Below, piece by piece: positions 24,901-36,900 of a DNA stretch of 64,000 nt. The translations under genes and the position numbers were made by a program. The first letter of the stretch is position 1, and each line of letters opens with the position of its first letter. The DNA is from Chrysemys picta bellii (lineage: Eukaryota): assembly GCF_011386835.1 (NCBI RefSeq), contig NC_088806.1, positions 930,001 to 994,000 on the forward strand, written 5' to 3'. The notes beneath the pieces are model-generated. The model made no database searches. It saw nothing but the letters and a program-made list of their open reading frames with translations, and was not told where the DNA came from.

Positions 24901-27900
24901 GTTGCTGCGGACCAGGCGGTCTCTGACATTGCTGATGGCTTCCGTGTACGTGCTGTTGTAGCTGGAATATGGCACGGACAAAAAGATCTCGTGATCCACG
25001 ATGATGCTGCCGTTTCTGTGCGGGAGGAGAGGAGCCAACGTCAGTGCCGGGAAACGAGGGCCGAGCGGAGGCGGCCACATGCTCTCGCTCCAAGGGGGCC
25101 TCCAACGAGGGTTTTGCTTGGACAGAACCCTGATGTCCCAGCGGAGCCACCGCCATGGATGGAATCCAGCCCCCAGGATACCTGGACCACCCAGAGCACA
25201 GGGGGAGCAGGACTGTGGTTCTGGGGGTCCTCTTGCCACCCCAGCCTCTTACCTCAGTGAAATGATCTCCAGCCCCTGGTACTGGGGGATCTTACCATAG
25301 ATCTTCTCAGTCTGGAAAAGAAACAAAGCTCTCAGCCAAGAACAAGGGGTGTTTCATCACAGGTCTCCTCCGCCCATGCAGCAGAAAGCCCATCCCCAGA
25401 GACCCTTTCCCCCTGTGCGGCAGGGTGCCTGTCATGAAGGTGGGAATTGTAATAGTATTTTTCTGACCCACACCCATGTGCCTCAATTTACCCACTGACT
25501 TTGGATTGCTATCCACTGGGGACGTTCCCTGGAACTGAGGGGATACGGGACGGGGGCTTCCGAGCCACATATCCCGTCTGAGTTGGTCCAGAATCGTCAT
25601 GAAGGACTGTGTCAAACTGACATCTTTTCTTGACAAATCTCTTTCCTTTTACTATAACCCAGCTCAGCACTAGGGCCAGAGCCTGGCCAAGCCCCACTAA
25701 GTGACTAGCTGCTCTTCACTGAAAAAGGAAAGAAGGAGGATCCGGGGAACTACAGGCCAGTCAGCCTCACCTCAGTCCCTGGAAAAATCATGGAGCAGGT
25801 CCTCAAGGAATCAATGCTGAAGCACTTAGAGGGGAGGAAAGTGATCAGGAACAGTCAGCATGGATTCACCAAGGGGAAGTCACACCTGACTAACCTAATT
25901 GCCTTCTATGATGAGATAACTGGCTCTGTGGATGAGGGGAAAGCAGTGGATGTGTTATTCCTCGACTTTAGCAAAGCTTTTGATACGGTCTCCCACAGTA
26001 TTCTTGCCACTAAGTTAAAGAAGTATGGGCTGGATGAATGGACTGTAAGGTGGATAGAAAGCTGGCTAGCTCGTCGGGCTCAATGGGTAGTGATCAGTGG
26101 CTCCATCTCTAGTTGGCAGCTGGTATCAAGCGGAGTACCGCAAGGGTCGGTCATGGGGCCGGTTTTGTTCAATATCTTCATTAATGATCTGGAGGATGGC
26201 ATGGACTGCACCCTCAGCAAGTTTGCAGATGTCACAAAACTGGGAGGAGTGGTGGATACGCTGGAGGGTAGGGATACGATACAGAAGGACCTAGACAAAT
26301 TAGAGGATTGGGCCAAAAGAAATCTGATGAGGTTCAACAAGGACAAGTGCAGAGTCCTGCACTTAGGATGGAAGAATCCCATGCACTGCTATAGACGAGG
26401 GACCGAATGGCTAGGAAGCAGTTCTGCAGAAAAGGACCTAGGGGTCACAGTGGACGAGAAGCTGGACAGGAGTCAACAGTGTGCCCTTGTTGCCAAGAAG
26501 GCTTAGAGCATTTGGGGCTGTATAAGTAGGGGCATTGTTTAGTCTGCAGAACAGAAGAATGAGGGGGGATTTGATAGCTGCTTTCAACTACCTGAAAGGG
26601 GGTTCCAAAGAGGATGGATCTAGACTGTTCTCAGTGGTACCTGATGATAGAACAAGGAGTAATGGTCTCAATGCTCTGTCCCAGGGCCCCATCAAACTTT
26701 AATCCACCTCTGGCTGGACACATTCCCTTGGGACCTGGAATTCACTGATCATTCCTGGCGAGGTGAGGTTTGGGCTGGTTACCCCTGTAGGGTTTCCTGG
26801 CGTGGCCGGAGACTGACCCACCGCCCCCCCCCACCACCTATCACCAGCAAAGCTCTCACCTGTGGAGACCAAGAGGGGGAACACAGGGCTCGCAGTTCTG
26901 GGGACCCCAGCATATCATCACAACCAAATTCAAGAGAGCCTCATACCCTCATACCCCCGCCTTTGCACCCTTCTCTTGGACCTTGGTCATGAGTGAGCTC
27001 CCCGCCCCACAATGTGGGCCCTTATCTCCCTCACCTGATTCTGAAAGAGGATCTCAAAAGCTTTGAAGTCAGGGGAGCTCCGGTTCTCCAGGCTCAGGTT
27101 GAAGACCGCATTCACCACCTCCACGCTGACGTTGATCACTGCCACAACATCAACTGCCAGCAGGAAACAAAGGGGTGACTCACAGAGCACCCTCCGATGG
27201 GGCACACCTCAGGCGGTGTGGCCGGCACTCGTGGCAAGTTGGTTCCTGACAACCCCCAGGCTCCAGAGTCCCGTGGGTTACAGAAGAAACTCGCCTTCTA
27301 CTGAACAAACCTCTCCAGGCCGCGGTGGGAAGCTTGAAAACACAGCCCCCGCGAAACCCAAAACCCAGATGGCAAATGCAAAGAACTGGACAAACTTCAG
27401 TCATCGGGCTTGGATGATCCCTCCCAGACTCAAACCTCCAGGAGTCTCTGAACACGGGCGATGTATTTTTTAGGTCTTCTGATTTTGAAGCTAGTCTTGC
27501 TTTGCTGTGGGCACCGGACTCCTGAGTGCTGGATGATTCAGTGGGACAGAACTGCTCCAAGTTTGGGGTGTGGGTGAGTGGGGAGGGATAAGCACAGGAT
27601 ACAACTGGGCTCCAGGGAATGCACGGGCACATCAGAAGGGTGCCCAGGGAAGGCACCCAATGGCACCAGCAAAGGAGACAGGTACCTCCTTGGAGCCGGG
27701 AGTCGGGGAATCAGAGTCCACATTTCAGGGCAAGGGGGCAGGCTGGCGAATGCACTCGGGAGGCTGGAAAGGGGTAAATAGCCCCAGAGGGGGACTCACC
27801 TATGGAGATGCTGTTTCTCAGCACGTCACAGCTCTGGCCCGTAAAGGCTGGGCGACAGGAGCACTGGGTCCCCTGCAGTGTCCCGTTGTTCTGGCACTGC

Positions 27901-30900
27901 ATGGGGGCTGGTGTGGTGGACCCAGCTTCAGGAGAGAAGGAGAAAAGTCACAGCAACGAGTCACAGCAGCTCTTTGTACTGACACCCCACCCAGGGGCTG
28001 CCTGGGATGGGGCACAGGGACATCTCACCCGGCAAAGAGATGGAGCCACTTATGGGCTAGGCTGGCTAATTATACAGGGACCCCAAGATTGGGGCCCACA
28101 TCGTGCCAGTCAGTAGTAAAATGAGGAATACAATTCAGGGGCTCCTAAGACCCCACTCCACTGCCCCACACCCTGCTCCCAGAACCAAGCTATTCATAAA
28201 GAGCCCAAAACTCACCCCTAGTAGTTCTAGTACCAGTGGGGTTTGCAGGAGGACGGCTGCTACCTGGAACAGAAACCGCTGTTGCCACAGTCGTTTCATT
28301 GGTGGTGGTTTCAGAAAGGGTTGTGTGAGAGACAGAAGTCAAGAAGGTGCTCTGGGTGGAAGAGAAGGTCACCGTTGGTGGTGGAGAGGATGTTGCCGAG
28401 GTTGTCTCACTGTTGCTCATTTCCATTGTGGTGTGCACAGAAGAGGGTGTTATCGCATTGTGTGTGTATGCCTCTGTCATTGGAAGAGAAGGAGAGCTTG
28501 CCATGGTAGTCTCTGTAGTTGTGAAAGCACCAGTTGGATGGGGGGGAACCAATGTCACGGTTGTCTGATTTGTGGTGACTTCAGAGACTGCTGGCTGTGT
28601 GATGGTCGTCCTTATGGAACTTTCACTGGACGATACTGTCAGAGTAGACTGGGAAGCCGTCGTCAGACTTTCTTCCCTTGTGGAAATTTCAGCTGTGCTC
28701 TGGACCGGAAGGGAGGTTGCCATGGGAGCCTCACGGCTTGCATATTCACTGAAAGTGAGGAGAGAGGAGGAGGTGCCTGTGGTGGGCTCAGCCGAGGTAG
28801 CGGGACTTCTCTCACCAATAGAGGAGGAGATGCTAGTGCTGGACTCAGCCAAGGTCGTGTGGTTGCTCTCGCGGGTAGAGGAGGAGGTGCCAGGGGTAGA
28901 CTCAGATGAGGTCATAGAGATGCTCTTGCTGGAAGAGGAGGAGGTTCCCGTTGTGGCCTCAGCCATGGTCGTGTGGCTGCTCTCGCTGGGAGAAGAGGAG
29001 GTGCCAGTGGTGGACACGGCTGAAGCCGTGTGGCTGCTCTCACTAGGAGAGGAGGAGATGCCCGTGGTGGTCTCAGCCGACGCCGTGTGACTGCTCAGGC
29101 TGGGAGTGGAGTAAGTGCTCGTTCTGGTCTCAGCCACGGTTGTGTGGCTGCTCTCGCTAGGAGAGGAGGAGGTGCCCGTGGTGGGTTCGACTGAGGTTGT
29201 ATGGCTGCTCTCGCTGGGAGAGGAGGAGGGGCCAGTGTTTGGCTCGGCCGAGGTTGTGGGGCTGTTCAGGCTGGGAGTGGAGTAATTGGGCATTGTGGTC
29301 TCGGCCAGGGTCGTATGTCTGCTCTCGCTGGGAGAGGAAGAGGTACCTCCGGTAGTCTCGGCCGAGGTCCTGTGGCTTGTCTTGCTGGGAGAGGAGGAGG
29401 TTCCTGTTGTGGTCTCAGCCACGGTCGTGTGGCTGCTCTCGCTGGCAGAAGAGGTGGTGCCCGTGGTGAACACGGCTGAGGTCCTGTGGCTGCTCTCACT
29501 GGCAGATGAAGAGGTGCCAGTGGTGGACTCGGTCGCGGTCATGTGGGTACTCTGCTTGGGCGATGAGGACGTGCCTGTGGCGGGTTCGACCGAGGTCGTG
29601 TGGCTGCTCTCGCTGTGAGAGGAGGAGGTTCCAGTGTTGGGCTTGGCCGAGGTCGCGGAGATGCTCTCGGTGTGAGAAGAGGAGGGGCCCGTGGAGCTCT
29701 CGGCCGAGGTCGTGTGGCTTGTCTTGCTGGGAGAGGAGGAGGTTCCTGCTGTAGTCTCAGCCACGGTCGTGTGTCTGCTCTCGCTGGGAGAGAAAGAGGT
29801 ACCTGTCATGGTCTCGGCCGAGGTCGTGTGTCTTGTCTTGCTTGGAGAGGAGGAGGTTCCTGCTGTAGTCTCAGCCACGGTCGTGTGTCTGCTCTCACTG
29901 TGAGAGGAGGAGGTGCCAGTGTTGGGCTCGGCCGAGGTCGCGGAGATGCTCTCGGTGAGAAAAGAGGAGGTGCCCGTGGAGCTCTTGGCTGAGGTCGTGT
30001 GGCTTGTCTTGCTTGCAGAGGAGGAGATTCCTGTTGTGGTCTCAGCCACGGTCGTGTGGCTGCTCTTGCTGGCAGAAGAGGTGGTGCCCGTGGTGAACAC
30101 GGCTGAGGTCGTGAGGCTGCTCTCGCTGGGAGATGAAGAGGTGCCAGTGGTGGACTCGGTCGCGGTCATGTGGGTACTCTGCTTGGGCGACGAGGACATG
30201 CCTGTGGCGGGTTCGACCGAGGTCGTGTGGCTCCTCTCGCTGGGAGAAGAGGAGGTGCCAGTGGTGGACACGGCTGAGGTCGTGTGGCTGCTCTCGCTAG
30301 GAGAGGAGGAGGTGCCCGTGGTGGGTTCGACCGAGGTTGTATGGCTGCTCTCACTGGCAGAGGAAGAGGTGCCAGTGGTGGACTCGGTCGCGGTCATGTG
30401 GGTACTCTGCTTGGGCGACGAGGAGGTGCCCGGGGTGGGTTCGACTGAGGTTGTATGGCTGCTCTCGCTGGGAGAGGAGGAGGGGCCAGTGTTTGGCTCG
30501 GCCGAGGTTGTGGGGCTGTTCAGGCTGGGAGTGGAGTAACTGGGCATTGTGGTCTCGGCCAGGGTCGTATGTCTGCTCTCGCTGGGAGAGGAAGAGGTAC
30601 CTCTGGTAGTTTCGGCCGAGGTCCTGTGGCTTGTCTTGCTGGGAGAGGAGGAGGTTCCTGTTGTGGTCTCAGCCACGGTCGTGTGGCTGCTCTCGCTGGC
30701 AGAAGAGTTGGTGCCCGTGGTGAACACGGCTGAGGTCATGTGGCTACTCTCACTGGCAGATGAAGAGGTGCCAGTGGTGGACTCGGTCGCGGTCATGTGG
30801 GTACTCTGCTTGGGCGACGAGGACGTGTCTGTGGCGGGTTCGACCGAGGTCGTCTGGCTGCTCTCGCTGTGAGAGGAGGAGGTTCCAGTGTTGGGCTTGG

Positions 30901-33900
30901 CCGAGGTCGCGGAGATGCTCTCGGTGTGAGAAGAGGAGGGGCCCGTGGAGCTCTCGGCCGAGATCGTGTGGCTTGTCTTGCTTGGAGAGGAGGAGGTTCC
31001 TGCTGTAGTCTCAGCCACGGTCGTGTGTCTGCTCTCACTGTGAGAGGAGGAGGTGCCAGTGTTGGGCTCGGCCGAGGTGGCGGAGATGCTCTCGGTGAGA
31101 AAAGAGGAGGTGCCCGTGGAGCTCTCGGCTGAGGTCGTGTGGCTTGTCTTGCTTGCAGAGGAGGAGGTTCCTGTTGTGGTCTCAGCCACGGTCGTGTGGC
31201 TGCTCTCGCTGGGAGAGAAAGAGGTACCTGTCATGGTCTCGGCCGAGGTCGTGTGTCTTGTCTTGCTTGGAGAGGAGGAGGTTCCTGCTTTAGTCTCAGC
31301 CACGGTCGTGTGTCTGCTCTCACTGTGAGAGGAGGAGGTGCCAGTGTTGGGCTCGGCCGAGGTCACGGAGATGCTCTCGGTGAGAAAAGAGGAGGTGCCC
31401 GTGGAGCTCTCGGCTGAGGTCGTGTGGCTTGTCTTGCTTGCTGAGGAAGAGGTTCCTGTTGTGGTCTCAGCCACGGTCGTCTGGCTGCTCTTGCTGGGAG
31501 AAGAGGTGGTGCCCGTGGTGAACACGGCTGAGGTCGTGAGGCTGCTCTCGCTGGGAGATGAAGAGGTGCCAGTGGTGGACTCGGTCGCGGTCATGTGGGT
31601 ACTCTGCTTGGGCGACGAGGACATGCCTGTGGCGGGTTCGACCGAGGTCGTGTGGCTCCTCTCGCTGGGAGAAGAGGAGGTGCCAGTGGTGGACACGGCT
31701 GAGGTCATGTGGCTGCTCTCGCTAGGAGAGGAGAAGGTGCCCGTGGTGGGTTCGACCGAGGTTGTATGGCTGCTCTCACTGGCAGAGGAAGAGGTGCCAG
31801 TGGTGGACTCGGTCGCGGTCATGTGGGTACTCTGCTTGGGCGACGAGGACGTGCCTGTGGCGGGTTCGACCGAGGTCGTGTGGCTCCTCTCGCTGGGAGA
31901 GGAGGAGGGGCCAGTGTTGGGCTCGGCCGAGGTTGTGGGGCTGTTCAGGCTGGGAGTGGAGGAACTGGGCATTGTGGTCTCGGCCAGGGTCGTATGTCTG
32001 CTCTCGCTGGGAGAGGAAGAGGTACCTCCGGTAGTCTCGGCTGAGGTCCTGTGGGTTGTCTTGCTGGGAGAGGAGGAGGTTCCAGTGTTGGGCTCGGCTG
32101 AGGTCGTGGAGATGCTCTCGGTGTGAGAAGAGGAGGTGCCCGTGGAGCTCTCGGCGGAGGTCGTGTGGCTTGTCTTGCTTGCAGAGGAGGAGGTTCCTGT
32201 TGTGGTCTCCCCCACGGTCGTGTGGCTGCTCTTGCTGGCAGAAGAGGTGGTGCCCGTGGTGAACACGGCTGAGGTCGTGTGGCTGCTCTCGCTGGGAGAG
32301 GAAGAGGTGCCTGTGGTGGGTTCGACCGAGGTTGTATGGCTGCTCTCACTGGCAGAAGAAGAGGTGCCAGTGGTGGACTCGGTCGCGGTCATGTGGGTAC
32401 TCTGCTTGGGCGACGAGGACGTGCCTGTGGCAGGTTCGACCGAGGTCGTGTGGCTCCTCTCGCTGTGAGAGGAGGACGTGCCAGTGTTGGGCTTGGCCGA
32501 GGTCGCGGAGATGCTCTCGGTGTGAGAATAAGAGGTGCCCGTGGAGCTCTCAGCCGAGGTCGTGTGGCTTGTCTTGCTAGGAGAGGAGGAGGTTCCTGTT
32601 GTGGTCTCAGCCACGGTCGTGTGTTTGCTCTCGCTGTGAGAGGAGGAGGGGCCAGTGTTGGGCTCGGCCGAGGTTGTGGGGCTGTTCAGGCTGGGAGTGG
32701 ATGAAGTGGGCATTGTGGTCTCGGCCACGGTCGTCTGTCTGCTCTCGCTGGGAGAGGAAGAGGTACCTGTCATAGTCTCGGCCGAGCTCGTGTGGCTTGT
32801 CTTGCTGAGAGAGGAGGAGGTTCCCATTGTGGTCTTAGCCACGGTCGTATGGCTGCTCTCGCTGTGAGAATAAAAGGTGCCAGTGGTGGACTCTGCAGAA
32901 GTCGTTTGGCTACTCTGCTTGGGCAACGAAGAGGTGGTGCCCGTGGTGGGTTCGACCAAGGTCGTGGAGATACTCTCACTGGGAGAGGAGGAGGTTCCCG
33001 TTGTCTCAGCCATGGTCGTGTGGCTGCTCTCACTGGGAGAGGAGGAGGTGCCCATTGTGGGCTCGGCCGAGGTCGCGGAGATGCTCTCGGTGTGAGAAGA
33101 GGAGGTGCCCGTGGAGCTCTCGGCTGAGGTCGTGTGGCTTGTCTTGCTTGCAGAGGAGGAGGTTCCTGTTTTGGTCTCAGCCACGGTCATGTGGCCGCTC
33201 TTGCTGGCAGAAGAGGTGGTGCCCGTGGTGAACACGGCTGAGGTCGTGAGGCTGCTCTCGCTGGGAGATGAAGAGGTGCCAGTGGTGGACTCGGTCGCGG
33301 TCATGTGGGTACTCTGCTTGGGCGACGAGGACGTGACTGTGACGGGTTCGACCGAGGTCATGTGGCTCCTCTCGCTGTGAGAGGAGGAGGTGCCAGTGTT
33401 GGGCTTGGCCGAGGTTCCGGAGATGCTCTCGGTGTGAGGAGAGGAGGTGCCCGTGGAGCTCTCGGCTGAGATTGTGTGGCTTGTCTTGCTTGCAGAGGAG
33501 GAGGTTCCTGTTGTGGTCTCAGCCACGGTCGTGTGGCTGCTCTCGCTGGCAGAAGAGGTGGTGCCCGTGGTGAACACGGCTGAGGTCGTGTGGCTGCTCT
33601 CGCTGGGAGAGAAAGTGGTACCTGTCATGGTCTCGGCTGAGGTCGAGTGGCTTGTCTTGCTTGCAGAGGAGGAGGTTACTGTTGTGGTCTCAGCCATGGT
33701 CGTGTGGCTGCTCTCGCTGGGAAAGGAGGAGGTGCCAGTGGTGGGTTCGACCGAGGTCGCCGAGATGCTCTCGGTGTGAGAAGAGGAGGTGCCCGTGGAG
33801 CTCTCGGCTGAGGTCATGTGGCTTGTCTTGCTTGCAGAGGAGGAGGTTCCTGTTGTGGTCTCAGCCACGGTCGTGTGGCTGCTCTCGCTGGCAGAAGAGG

Positions 33901-36900
33901 TGGTGCCCGTGGTGAACACGGCTGAGGTCGTGTGGCTGCTCTCACTGACAGAGGAAGAGGTGCCAGTGGTGGGTTCGACCGAGGTTGTATGGCTGCTCTC
34001 ACTGGCAGATGAAGAGGTGCCAGTGGTGGACTCGGTCGCGGTCATGTGGGTACTCTGCTTGGGCGACGAGGACGTGCCTGTGGCGGGTTCGACCGAGGTC
34101 GTGTGGCTGCTCTCGCTGGGAGAGGAGGAGGTGCCAGTGTTGGGCTTGGCAGAGGTCGCGGAGATGCTCTCGGTGTGAGAAGAGGAGGTGCCCGTGGAGC
34201 TCTCGGCTGAGGTCGTGTGGCTTGTCTTGCTTGCAGAGGAAGAGGTTCCTGTTGTAGTCTCAGCCACAGTCGTGTGGCTGCTCTCGCTGGGAGAGAAAGA
34301 GGTACCTGTCATGGTCTCGGCCGAGGTCGTGTGTCTTGTCTTGCTTGGAGAGGAGGAGGTTCCTGCTGTAGTCTCAGCCACAGTCGTGTGTCTGCTCTCA
34401 CTGTGAGAGGAGGAGGTGCCAGTGTTGGGCTCGGCCGAGGTCGCGGAGATGCTCTCGGTGAGAAAAGAGGAGGTGCCCCTGGAGCTCTCGGCTGAGGTCG
34501 TGTGGCTTGTCTTGCTTGCAGAGGAGGAGGTTCCTGTTGTGGTCTCAGCCACGGTCGTGTGGCCGCTCTTGCTGGCAGAAGAGGTGGTGCCCGTGGTGAA
34601 CACGGCTGAGGTCGTGAGGCTGCTCTCGCTGGGAGATGAAGAGGTGCCAGTGGTGGACTCGGTCGCGGTCATGTGGGTACTCTGCTTGGGCGACGAGGAC
34701 ATGCCTGTGGCGGGTTCGACCGAGGTCGTGTGGCTCCTCTCGCTGGGAGAAGAGGAGGTGCCAGTGGTGGACACGGCTGAGGTCATGTGGCTGCTCTCGC
34801 TAGGAGAGGAGGAGGTGCCCGTGGTGGGTTCGACCGAGGTTGTATGGCTGCTCTCACTGGCAGAGGAAGAGGTGCCAGTGGTGGACTCGGTCGCGGTCAT
34901 GTGGGTACTCTGCTTGGGCGACGAGGAGGTGCCCGGGGTGGGTTCGACTGAGGTTGTATGGCTGCTCTCGCTGGGAGAGGAGGAGGGGCCAGTGTTTGGC
35001 TCGGCCGAGGTTGTGGGGCTGTTCAGGCTGGGAGTGGAGTAACTGGGCATTGTGGTCTCGGCCAGGGTCGTATGTCTGCTCTCGCTGGCAGAGGAAGAGG
35101 TACCTTCGGTAGTCTCGGCTGAGGTCCTGTGGGTTGTCTTGCTGGGAGAGGAGAAGGTTCCTGTTGTGGTCTCCCCCACGGTCGTGTGGCTGCTCTTGCT
35201 GGCAGAAGAGGTGGTGCCCGTGGTGAACACGGCTGAGGTCGTGTGGCTGCTCTCGCTGGGAGAGGAAGAGGTGCCTGTGGTGGGTTCGACCGAGGTTGTA
35301 TGGCTGCTCTCACTGGCAGAGGAAGAGGTGCCAGTGGTGGACTCGGTCGCGGTCATGTGGGTACTCTGCTTGTGCGACGAGGACGTGCCTGTGGCGGGTT
35401 CGACCAAGGTCGTGTGGCTCCTCTCGCTGTGAGAGGAGGAGGTGCCAGTGTTGGGCTTGGCCGAGGTCGCGGAGATGCTCTCGGTGTGAGAATAAGAGGT
35501 GCCCGTGGAGCTCTCAGCCGAGGTCGTGTGGCTTGTCTTGCTGGGAGAGGAGGAGGTTCCTGTTGTGGTCCCAGCCACGGTCGTGTGGCTGCTCTCGCTA
35601 GGAGAGGAGGAGGTGCCAGTGCTGGGCTCGGCTGAGGTTGTGGGGCTCTTCAGGCTGGGAGTGGATAAAGTGGGCATTGTGGTCTCGGCCACGGTCGTCT
35701 GTCTGCTCTCGCTGGGAGAGGAAGAGGTACCTGTCATAGTCTCGGCCGAGCTCGTGTGGCTTGTCTTGCTGAGAGAGGAGGAGGTTCCCATTGTGGTCTT
35801 AGCCACGGTCTTATGGCTGCTCTCGCTGTGAGAGTAAAAGGTTCCAGTGGTGGACTCTGCAGAAGTCGTCTGGCTACTCTGCTTGGGCAACGAAGAGGTG
35901 GTGCCCGTGGTGGGTTCGGCCAAGGTCGTGGAGATACTCTCACTGGGAGAGGAGGAGGTTCCCGTTGTCTCAGCCATGGTCGTGTGGCTGCTCTCTCTGG
36001 GAGAGGAGGAGGTTCCAGTGTTGGGCTCGGCCGAGGTCGCGGAGATGCTCTCGGTGTGAGAAGAGGAGGTGCCCGTGGAGCTCTCGGCTGAGGTCGTGTG
36101 GCTTGTCTTGCTTGCAGAGGAGAAGGTTACTGTTGTGGTCTCAGCCACGATCGTGTGGGTGCTCTTGCTGGCAGAGGAGGTGGTGCCCGTGGTGAACACG
36201 GCTGAGGTCGTGTGGCTGCTCTCGCTGGGAGAGGAGGAGATGCCCGTGGTGGGTTTGACCGAGGTTGTACGGCTGCTCTCACTGACAGAGGAAGAGGTGC
36301 CCGTGGTGGGTTCGACAGACATTGTATGGCTGCTCTCACTGGCAGATGAAGAGGTACCAGTGGTGGACTCGGTCGCGGTCATGTGGGTCCTCTGCTTGGG
36401 CAACGAGGACGTGACTGTGACGGGTTCGACCGAGGTCATGTGGCTCCTCTCGCTGTGAGAGGAGGAGGTGCCAGTGTTGGGCTTGGCCGAGGTTCCGGAG
36501 ATGCTCTCGGTGTGAGAAGAGGAAGTGCCCGTGGAGCTCTCGGCTGAGGTCATGTGGCTGCTCTCGCTGGGAGAGAAAGTGGTACCTGTCATGGTCTCGG
36601 CTGAGGTCGTGTGGCTTGTCTTGCTTGCAGAGGAGGAGGTTCCTGTTGTGGTATCAGCCATGGTCGTGTGGCTGCTCTCGCTGGGAAAGGAGGAGGTGCC
36701 AGTGGTGGGTTCGACCGAGGTCGCCGAGATGCTCTCGGTGTGAGAAGAGGAGGTGCCCGTGGAGGTCTCAGCTGAGGTCATGTGGCTTGTCTTGCTTGCA
36801 GAGGAGGAGGTTCTTGTTGTGGTCTCAGCCACGGTCGTGTGGCTGCTCTCGCTGGCAGAAGAGGTGGTGCCCGTGGTGAACACGGCTGAGGTCGTGTGGC

